NCBI GenBank assembly: GCA_950097015.1
Contig: CATNEN010000007.1
Span: 930,001-994,000, forward strand
Reading direction: 5' to 3'
Length of the DNA: 64,000 bases
Source of the DNA: Macrostomum hystrix
Taxonomy: Eukaryota; Animalia; Platyhelminthes
Position 1 is the stretch's first letter. Each line of letters opens with the position of its first letter. Shown here piece by piece: positions 1 through 9,194 of this stretch. The position numbers and the translations under genes are program-made. The notes below the pieces were generated by a model that worked only from the letters and a program-made list of their open reading frames with translations, ran no database searches and was not told the origin of the DNA.

Positions 1-710
1 CCAACAACGGAGAAATAGTTGAAGGAGTTCGCGTCAATATTAGGTACGGGCCAGCTCGACTTTAGGTTAGCCTGGCTGAACCAGTTTTGATTAGTTAGTC
101 CCGGCTTTGAAGCGTCAAAGGTCAGTCTCAGAACTGGAACGCTATTCTTGTACAGAACCACGTGAATCTCTTGCATGGTTAGCAGGGAGACAAGTGAGTT
201 CAAATTGTCCAGAAGATCCGAACGAAACACGTCCGGCTGTTCCGTTGGGCTATCGACCGCCATCTTAATTGCGTACGCTTTTCCAGATGTGCTTACAAAG
301 GTGTCCCATATCTTGAGACCGACTTCAGCTCGCATGGTGAAGATCAGGTAAGATTGAATATTTGTAGGGACAGGCGATTCACAGGACTGCCAGGACTCGA
401 ATCCTAATGCTGAGGATGGCAAACACTTGTACGGACACTCACTCTTCATAATAAAGCACTCGCCAGTTTTTACAATCACCTGCTCAACAGATGGCGATCC
501 GGGAGCGACTGACTCGATTACGAAGTCACGATGTACTTTAGCTAGCCAACAGTCAGGCGGCTTGGAGATCAGTGAGATGTCTTTCATAGCGTCAAGACAT
601 TGCATATGGGCAAATAGCTTTTGAGGACGGAAGCAGGTATTAGCAGACACGCTTGTGAAGACCACAGAGCACAGGATAGTCACCACGAATCTAACACTAC
701 GGTTCTCCAT
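1..710 (-). CDS. Secreted protein, running off the window edge (3' end outside): signal peptide, Cys-rich (PAN/apple-like?) region, then an uncharacterised invertebrate-type domain
   Basis: Hand translation from ATG at 710 is stop-free to the edge: MENRSVRFVVTILCSVVFTSVSA-NTCFRPQKLFAHMQC...IHVVLYKNSVPVLRLTFDASKPGLTNQNWFSQANLKSSWPVPNIDANSFNYFSVV. The N-terminus is hydrophobic with an ending typical of a signal peptide. The ORF track misses it because no stop lies in the window. Confidence 0.7.
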   Translation of the reverse strand, partial: MENRSVRFVVTILCSVVFTSVSANTCFRPQKLFAHMQCLDAMKDISLISKPPDCWLAKVHRDFVIESVAPGSPSVEQVIVKTGECFIMKSECPYKCLPSSALGFESWQSCESPVPTNIQSYLIFTMRAEVGLKIWDTFVSTSGKAYAIKMAVDSPTEQPDVFRSDLLDNLNSLVSLLTMQEIHVVLYKNSVPVLRLTFDASKPGLTNQNWFSQANLKSSWPVPNIDANSFNYFSVV

Positions 711-2486
711 TTCAGCTGTTAGCAGAAGCAAAATTAAAAATGGAGTTGCACACCATTTTTTACTAATGGATGGAAAATAAACTTTCATTTAAATTGCGAG
801 GTCGCTGTTCTCAAGCAGCGTGATCATCGGGCTGAATCCATCAGCTACAATAGAAACATCACCCTGGGCGTGACGCGCTGTGTCTTAAAAAACCTAAGAC
901 GCAGTTCGTTGCATATCTGCAACTGAGTTCTTTTAGAAATTCACGCGTTAGAACTTGCATCACTGCACATCAAAGTCTATTGTATCCAATTCCACAAAGA
1001 TATGCAGTGGCATTTAGCACTAGACGAGAGCGTGATCTGCGTTTTAAAGAGTTAAATAAAACTGCAAAAAAATGTGAAAGGCACACCAGTTTCAATGCAG
1101 TGAAAACTCTGCTACATGCATATGTACATAAACTCATGCACATTATTCGTTATTCCTTATTTGTTTTGTTCTGTTTTGATTTTCCGACGTCCTGGCAAGC
1201 CTTCATGTAAGCTGGGGTGTTACCGTTGAGCTGGACGCCTAGCTCGCATCTCCTGGTGAGACCGGCCATTTCTTTTACCTGCTTCATTTCGAACACTGCC
1301 TCGAGACCAAAGGGGTTCATTGAGGTCCTTAACAAGGTATAGGGCAGCGCTTGCTGAGCCTTTGTGAGCGCGATACCTTCCACCCCTTTTTCTAGCATGA
1401 ACGCCTTGTTGCGCCTAATTGCTCATGCAAGCCCTCGCGACTGCATCGTGCAGCTAAACCTATTGGGGTCTAAAACATTTGGAGTCAAGGTCTCGGCCTA
1501 AGTTGGATTCCTGGGCATTCTCGTGGCAGCCATCCCAGCAACGAGAGAGCTGGTCGATATAACATGGCAAAAACGGTTCGCTTCGAAAGGATCCTTTCTA
1601 GCTCCTTCCCATCACCCCAACTAGCTGTCGCTGTCATCTCTCGGATCAACTAGTAGTGGGTGGCTTCCAAGCACAAGGAATTAGATTAAATACCATGACA
1701 CCATTCGACTGCTGGCATGCAGTCTTGTGCTACCGTCACTTGTGCCCTTCGAAAGGCTCTATTCGGACTCGACAGCAGGGACAACAGGGCAGGCATCATT
1801 TTCCTCTCCAGCCAGAGCTATTTTGCAAGGCATCGCCACTTGTTATGTAAAATCCGCAGTGAAGAATCTGTCTCTCATGTGGAGCACTCTCTGCGACTGC
1901 CCCGCATTTTGTTACTTTGCCTGATAGGAACAAATTTGTATAAATATATAAAGTTGTATATCTGTTCAAATCTTATACCAACTGCAGATGCAATAATCTG
2001 TATAATATACTCGTACTCATCCACTAAATTTACACATTTAATTTTGCAAGCAAGACATGTAATTGCTTCATAGATAGTTTTGCGTATGGCTAAATTTATA
2101 TTTGCGTAATGCACTTGAATAGATCTCTGTCTATATTTTGCGACAAATTTAAGGAAAAAGTATTTCCAAGACGCCTTTCATTATACATTATTTAATGTTT
2201 GGTTTGTTTTTATCAGGCGTTACATTTCTATTCTCGTTGGATCGCTGTAATTACACGTATTAATTTCCCGATTGACATTCACATTCACATTCACATTCAA
2301 ACAAGAGTATTGTAACTTAAAAAATAACCATTCAATTACAGCGAAACTTACAAGATCTTCTGATGCAACTAAGATAACGTTCCAAAATAAATATAATTTA
2401 TTTTTGTCAATGCATAAAAGAATTACACAGCTTTGAAATTTGTTCCTATCTCCGCAGTGTATATTCTTGTACTTTCAAAAAGTAAC

Positions 2487-3702
2487 TTCTACTGCATCAA
2501 TCGCAATGAAAATTTACAAAACCTCTGATGCAATCGAGTTGATTGGATGTGTAAAATTTCAGGCTGATTCATGAAAGCGTCTGCGGGTTATTCAATGTTA
2601 AAGTGTGTTTCGTATCTCCGTAGTGTATTTTTGGGAGCCAGCTTGACATTCGCAGGCAGACACTTCTACTGCCTCAATCGCAATGAAAATTTACAAAACC
2701 TCTGATGCAATCGAGTTGATTGGATGTGTAAAATTTCAGGCTGATTCATGAAAGCGTCTGCGGGTTATTCAATGTTAAAGTGTGTTTCGTATCTCCGTAG
2801 TGTATTTTTGGGAGCCAGCTTGACATTCGCAGGCAGACACTTCTACTGCCTCAATCGCAATGAAAATTTACAAAACCTCTGATGCAATCGAGTTGATTGG
2901 ATGTGTAAAATTTCAGGCTGATTCATGAAAGCGTCTGCGGGTTATTCAATGTTAAAGTGTGTTTCGTATCTCCGTAGTGTATTTTTGGGAGCCAGCTTGA
3001 CATTCGCAGGCAGACACTTCTACTGCCTCAATCGCAATGAAAATTTACAAAACCTCTGATGCAATCGAGTTGATTGGATGTGTAAAATTTCAGACTGATT
3101 CATGAAAGCGTCTGCGGGTTATTCAATGTTAAAGTGTGTTCGTATCTCCGTAGTGTATTTTTGGGAGCCAGCTTGACATTCGCAGGCAGACACTTCTACT
3201 GCCTCAATCGCAATGAAAATTTACAAAACCTCTGATGCAATCGAGTTGATTGGATGTGTAAAATTTCAGGCTGATTCATGAAAGCGTCTGCGGGTTATTC
3301 AATGTTAAAGTGTGTTCGTATCTCCGTAGTGTATTTTTGGGAGCCAGCTTGACATTCGCAGGCAGACACTTCTACTGCATCAATCGCAATGAAAATTTAC
3401 AAAACCTCTGATGCAATCGAGTTGATTGGATGTGTAAAATTTCAGACTGATTCATGAAAGCGTCTGCGGGTTATTTAATGTTAAAGTGTGTTTCGTATCT
3501 CCGTAGTGTATTTTTGGGAGCCAGCTTGACATTCGCAGGCAGACACTTCTACTGCATCAATCGCAATGAAAATTTACAAAACCTCTGATGCAATCGAGTT
3601 GATTGGATGTGTAAAAGTTCAGGCTGATTCATGAAAGCGTCTGCGGGTTATTCAATTTTAAAGTGTGTTTCGTATCTCCGTAGTGTATTTTTGGGAGCCA
3701 GT
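2487..3702 (+). repeat. 177-bp tandem array (~7 copies), left TIR
   Basis: TTCTACTG unit starts at 2487, 2664, 2841, 3018, 3194, 3370 and 3547 (spacing 176-177). The copies are near-identical. Confidence 0.95.
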
Positions 3703-3778
3703 GCAGCTTGACATCAGCTCGCAATGAATTCAAGGCAATTGATCTTCGCGGGCTTATAAATCAGCCTGTGTAGTTTTT

Positions 3779-4957
3779 TTACAGTAAAAGAGGGGCTGTG
3801 TGATTTAATGAGAATTTTTTAGTGTTAAGTTGTTTAAGTGTCTTATTGTAGTATTTTTGAACGAATAAATCAGTTTTCGCCCTGCTGAAGTTTCCCAACC
3901 GACAATTCTTGGCCAGATGACCTGGCTGGTTGCACGCGTAGCTACGCCTTGGACCAACAGTCATCGCTGCTGTGCTCGGTGGCGGTTGCTGCATCCTTCC
4001 GACGCGACTAGGACACTCACGCGCTAGGTGGCCGACATCTCCGCACTGAAAGCAAGCACCATGCTGCCTCTGCTGTTGCTCTGCTAGACGACTAGGGGTC
4101 GCGGCGTACGCGCAGGCCCCCCTGTCTCCTAGCAACCCGGGCCCCGGGCCGCGCGGACGCGCAGACCCAGCAGGCGACGGTGCAGCAGACTGTCGAGGAG
4201 GCGGCGTCTGGCTCAGCCGCTTCAGTTGGTCTTCCAGCTCACGGATCCGCTGCTGAAGCGCTCCAAAACCTTCTGAACTGGCGGCTCTGGTGTCCACGGC
4301 AGCCACACCTGATGTCGTCTTCCTGGAGGTCTGGTCCGAGCCTGACGTCTTGGCGGCTAGAGTAGCTGCCTCCTTTCGTCGAACGCAACGCACAGCCTCA
4401 GCGAGAGTAGCAGGCTGTTGAAGGATCACGTACTCCTTGACGCTCTCAGTAGCCTTAATGCCCTTCTTGAATCTGTCCCTTGCAAAACTGTTGACAATCT
4501 CAGCGGGCAGCTCGTCTTCAGGGTAGGCATTCCTCGCCAGCTCCAGCAGTGCATCGGCGTATGCCTCGTAGGTCTCGCCCTCCTTCTGCACTCGTGACTC
4601 CAGCTCCATCCGGTAATCTTCAGTCGTGCGGTGCTGCTGAAACCTTTCCAACAGAGCGTCCGTAAACTCCTGATATTCCAGATCCTCATCCAGCTGTAGA
4701 TTCTCCACCGCTGCAAATGCTGTATTCAAATCCAAGAAGCTAAGCAGGTGCGGCCTTCGAGCGGCCTCCGCAATCTGCGCAGCATCACAATAAGCGTTGA
4801 ACTTCTGCAACCACAGGCGAAAGTTGTCTCCACTAGAATACTTCGGCGGCTTCGCTGGCCTCTGGACATTCTGCGCTGCATTTATCTCCTGCTGCAAGGT
4901 CCGACGCACCGACGCAGTCATCAGCTCCACGAGGCGATTCACTCCTTCGTCTCCCAT
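3779..4957 (-). CDS. gag: Ty3/gypsy-type Gag (capsid plus CCHC zinc knuckles), no pol; last ~35 aa probably read into non-retroelement sequence
   Basis: 392-aa ORF. Capsid-like region PPKYSSGDNFRLWLQKF...QKEGETYEAYADALLELARNAYP. Knuckle CFQCGDVGHLAREC (CX2CX4HX4C) and a degenerate second knuckle YACNQPGHLAKNC. It lies directly downstream of an LTR and PBS. Sequence turns AT-rich after ...LGNFSRA. Confidence 0.88.
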   Translation of the reverse strand: MGDEGVNRLVELMTASVRRTLQQEINAAQNVQRPAKPPKYSSGDNFRLWLQKFNAYCDAAQIAEAARRPHLLSFLDLNTAFAAVENLQLDEDLEYQEFTDALLERFQQHRTTEDYRMELESRVQKEGETYEAYADALLELARNAYPEDELPAEIVNSFARDRFKKGIKATESVKEYVILQQPATLAEAVRCVRRKEAATLAAKTSGSDQTSRKTTSGVAAVDTRAASSEGFGALQQRIRELEDQLKRLSQTPPPRQSAAPSPAGSARPRGPGPGLLGDRGACAYAATPSRLAEQQQRQHGACFQCGDVGHLARECPSRVGRMQQPPPSTAAMTVGPRRSYACNQPGHLAKNCRLGNFSRAKTDLFVQKYYNKTLKQLNTKKFSLNHTAPLLL

Positions 4958-5101
4958 GACGACAACAAAATCCTCGAATCACAAGATAAAAATATCACGG
5001 CAACAACAAAGCACTGGCAAAAGTCCTAGAAAACACCCCTCCTGAACAGAATCCCTAAGCTAATTAACACATGGGGTCGAGGATCCTAACAGGCACGAAC
5101 T

Positions 5102-5119
5102 ATCCTGGTCACGACACCA
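5102..5119 (-). other. Primer-binding site, probably tRNA-His
   Basis: TGGTGTCGTGACCAGGAT begins 1 nt after the LTR end. It is complementary to the 3' end of invertebrate tRNA-His as recalled (..ATCCTGGTCACGGCA-CCA), with one G-U pair. The tRNA identity is from memory. Confidence 0.7.
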
Positions 5120-5120
5120 A

Positions 5121-5843
5121 TGTTGTGTCCCGAGACGGGCCAGCCGGCTTCGCCTCTCGCTCAGGACGAGCAGGGAGGTTCAGCACTTCCGTCCTACTAT
5201 GTGTCGGCCTACTGTCGCACTAGACGCACAGGCAGTAAGCCGGCAACCAAGGTCGCAACGAATGCACAGGCCCTGGCGACAAAGTCCTAGTGACTGAACC
5301 CGAAAAGACAGAGGCAGACGACACTTACGTAGGCTTGCAGTGCGGGTTTGCGCTCGGGAGAGCTGGCTGAGTTGATGTATTTTGTCTGGTAGGCGGTGGT
5401 TGGGGTGCTCAACAAAACAAAACAGTCACGTCCGAGGGGGACGAGCGCGCGCACGCCAATAAATAATACCTGGGGTATTACCCCAGGGTGAGCAGGGTAA
5501 TACCCGATCACGGCTAAGCTGCAGGGTAGAGAGAGAAAGTAAGAGAAAGTAAGAGAGAGAACCAGTCGCAGCCTCGCCAATCACGCAGGGTCAATAAGAC
5601 AACTGGGCGAGCCGCGAACCAATGAGAGGGCAGGAACGGAAGATGACAATAACCGGGGGTACGCAACGTCTTAGCTCAACCAATCAGACGCCAGGGGTGA
5701 GAGAAATTGATAGGCAGGCAGGCGCAGAGCAAGAAAGGGGCAGGGGGGCGACTCAAAGTGCAACGCGACTGTGAAAGTGCACCGAAAAATACAGTACATA
5801 GAAACTATTAAATACAGTACATAGAAACTATTAAATCACAACA
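5121..5843 (-). mobile_element. 5' LTR (723 bp) of a truncated Ty3/gypsy retrotransposon
   Basis: Bounded by inverted 7-mers TGTTGTG (5121) and CACAACA (5843), i.e. TG...CA. Followed on the minus strand by the PBS and gag. No second LTR in the window. Confidence 0.8.
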
Positions 5844-7195
5844 TATTGAATAACCCGCAGACGCTTTTCATGAATCAGTCTGAAATTTTACACATCCAAT
5901 CAACTCGATTGCATCAGAGGTTTTGTAAATTTTCATTGCGATTGATGCAGTAGAAGTGTCTGCCTGCGAATGTCAAGCTGGCTCCCAAAAATACACTACG
6001 GAGATACGAAACACACTTTAACATTGAATAACCCGCAGACGCTTTCATGAATCAGCCTGAAATTTTACACATCCAATCAACTCGATTGCATCAGAGGTTT
6101 TGTAAATTTTCATTGCGATTGATGCAGTAGAAGTGTCTGCCTGCGAATGTCAAGCTGGCTCCCAAAAATACACTACGGAGATACGAAACACACTTTAACA
6201 TTGAATAACCCGCAGACGCTTTCATGAATCAGCCTGAAATTTTACACATCCAATCAACTCGATTGCATCAGAGGTTTTGTAAATTTTCATTGCGATTGAT
6301 GCAGTAGAAGTGTCTGCCTGCGAATGTCAAGCTGGCTCCCAAAAATACACTACGGAGATACGAACACACTTTAACATTGAATAACCCGCAGACGCTTTCA
6401 TGAATCAGCCTGAAATTTTACACATCCAATCAACTCGATTGCATCAGAGGTTTTGTAAATTTTCATTGCGATTGAGGCAGTAGAAGTGTCTGCCTGCGAA
6501 TGTCAAGCTGGCTCCCAAAAATACACTACGGAGATACGAAACACACTTTAACATTGAATAACCCGCAGACGCTTTCATGAATCAGCCTGAAATTTTACAC
6601 ATCCAATCAACTCGATTGCATCAGAGGTTTTGTAAATTTTCATTGCGATTGATGCAGTAGAAGTGTCTGCCTGCGAATGTCAAGCTGGCTCCCAAAAATA
6701 CACTACGGAGATACGAAACACACTTTAACATTGAATAACCCGCAGACGCTTTCATGAATCAGCCTGAAATTTTACACATCCAATCAACTCGATTGCATCA
6801 GAGGTTTTGTAAATTTTCATTGCGATTGATGCAGTAGAAGTGTCTGCCTGCGAATGTCAAGCTGGCTCCCAAAAATACACTACGGAGATACGAAACACAC
6901 TTTAACATTGAATAACCCGCAGACGCTTTCATGAATCAGCCTGAAATTTTACACATCCAATCAACTCGATTGCATCAGAGGTTTTGTAAATTTTCATTGC
7001 GATTGAGGCAGTAGAAGTGTCTGCCTGCGAATGTCAAGCTGGCTCCCAAAAATACACTACGGAGATACGAAACACACTTTAACATTGAATAACCCGCAGA
7101 CGCTTTCATGAATCAGCCTGAAATTTTACACATCCAATCAACTCGATTGCATCAGAGGTTTTGTAAATTTTCATTGCGATTGATGCAGTAGAAGT
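5844..7195 (-). repeat. 177-bp tandem array (~7.6 copies), right TIR, inverted
   Basis: The reverse-complement motif CAGTAGAAG occurs at 5948, 6125, 6302, 6478, 6655, 6832, 7009 and 7186. The innermost copy is cut at the LTR boundary. Confidence 0.95.
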
Positions 7196-8365
7196 TACTT
7201 TTTGAAAGTACAAGAATATACACTGCGGAGATAGGAACAAATTTCAAAGCTGTGTAATTCTTTTATGCATTGACAAAAATAAATTATATTTATTTTGGAA
7301 CGTTATCTTAGTTGCATCAGAAGATCTTGTAAGTTTCGCTGTAATTGAATGGTTATTTTTTAAGTTACAATACTCTTGTTTGAATGTGAATGTGAATGTG
7401 AATGTCAATCGGGAAATTAATACGTTGTAATTACTGGAATTTAAATCAACTCCACATTTAAGTTTAAAATTACACACACGCACGTACATTAATGTATCAA
7501 AGTACACACAACTATGGCTATATATTCTCGAGTTGTTGAAATTAAAGTTTTTTTCAATATTCATCCATTAATATATATATTCCATACAGACACCTTACAT
7601 TATTAATAGTAAAAATCGAGCACCATTGAACACCATTACTCAAATTACGATCAAGAGAACTGTAAAGTACATTGATTGATAGTATCCATCATCTAAATTC
7701 ATCTTCAGGCTTGGTCACGGGCCTGACTACACAATAAACCGGTTCGGTAGGCCTACTTCAAATCGCAATCATAATAAAATGTTTTCGATTTAAAAAAAAA
7801 TTTAAGTCCTACATGCTGATGGCAGTGCTACTACTGCTGTAGAATTAAAAAATATGGTTGAAAGACATAAATTAATTACATGGCCTAAATTCTTATGTTA
7901 GCAGCTGCTTTAAATATTGAAGAAATAGATAAGACAAAAATCTGGATTGCCAAAATATAGGATAAGCCTATTATGAATGTCTGTGTTTAAAAGCACCATT
8001 TAAAAGTGAATAAACTTAAATTATCAAATCCATGTAATATCTTAAAAAATATAAAGTAAAAAAATTAAAGTGTTTGAATACCAGAAAAAATTTCCTGGTA
8101 CAAGATGTGTATAACATGAGCAAGACTGTCACTCACTCACACATTCATACAGTCATCAAGTGAGGTCAAATTTCGTGTGATCACACAATTTGCACTAATT
8201 TTTCATCCCTTTGTACATCCCTTTGAACGAGCCTTTACCCTACTTGCACACTCTAAATGACGTGTCAGTTTCAGATACATCAGTAACATCAGTCAGTTGT
8301 GTCCTAGCAACAATAGTAGATACATTGTTAGAACAAACCTAGATTGATTTTATTGACTTTCAATT

Positions 8366-8439
8366 GTTACCGAACTGTCCCCGGTGTGTTACCAAACTGT
8401 CTCCTGTATGTTACCGAACTGTCTGTTACCGAACTGTCC
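8366..8439. repeat. Four spaced copies of TGTTACCGAACTGTC (possible transposon subterminal repeats)
   Basis: Four 15-mers, one with a mismatch, within 75 bp of an AT-rich background. Confidence 0.55.
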
Positions 8440-9194
8440 TGTATTCGGCATTGCTCTAACTAGATTTTGTAGATTTTTTATAACAATTAGCCATAATGGA
8501 CAAATATACATGTATATATTTTTCTATTTACCATGAGTTATATAATTAGCCTAGTAGCCATTAAAATAATATTTTGGCAAATAGAATTTCTAACTTATTT
8601 GACACATTTTTTTCCAATGGAGATAAGAAAAATCAACTTCATGGCAAGCCTATAGCAAAAATTCACCTAGCCATTAGAGATCACAGTATATGTTTGGCTT
8701 GTATCTCAGTGCTCTTTAGAACTTCAAGCAACAAACTTTGATGAGGCCAAATAAAAAATTAATAAATTTCCAAGCTGATCTACAAAAAATATCTAGACTA
8801 TTCCCTTAGTTCTGAAGTTAGCCAATGTAAAAATAGAAAATATTTGTAGGCCTAGTTATTGATAATAACATTAAAATCTTTGTCAGCTAAGCTCATCGTA
8901 TAGAAGCACCAATATTTGACATAATCTAGTAGCAATTGAATTATGAACTTGGACCATTTATTAGTTTTTTCTTCTTTATTATATAATTTGTTCATTATTC
9001 TCCATCAATCCCAGTCCTATTAATCTGCATTCTATTACAGTGTATAATCTGCATTGTATCATTGGTTCACATCAGTAGGAAATGAAGGTATGTCGATAGT
9101 TTTATTATCTCTTCTGTTTTTACAAATACACTTACACAAAGACTGAGGATTTTATATAGTTAAAAGCTTATAAATGCATTTTTATATTTTAGAT

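Larger units (their letters stand above)
2255..7425. mobile_element. Foldback/MULE-like non-autonomous DNA transposon with ~1.45-1.6 kb modular terminal inverted repeats
   Basis: The termini ACGTATTAATTTCCCG (2255) and CGGGAAATTAATACGT (7425) are exact inverted copies. A perfect 9-bp direct repeat TGTAATTAC flanks it at 2246-2254 and 7426-7434. Each TIR has a ~235-bp outer domain with a (CACATT)n tract plus a 177-bp tandem array. No transposase ORF is present inside. Confidence 0.88.

Noticed and set aside
980-2114. Short ORFs and a moderately GC-rich stretch at 1210-1930 that looks coding
   Set aside because: Every frame I translated is broken by stops and shows no recognisable motif. At most an unidentifiable decayed fragment.
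2487-7195. Regularly spaced repeats as a CRISPR array
   Set aside because: The units are contiguous identical monomers without unique spacers, in a eukaryotic context with no cas genes.
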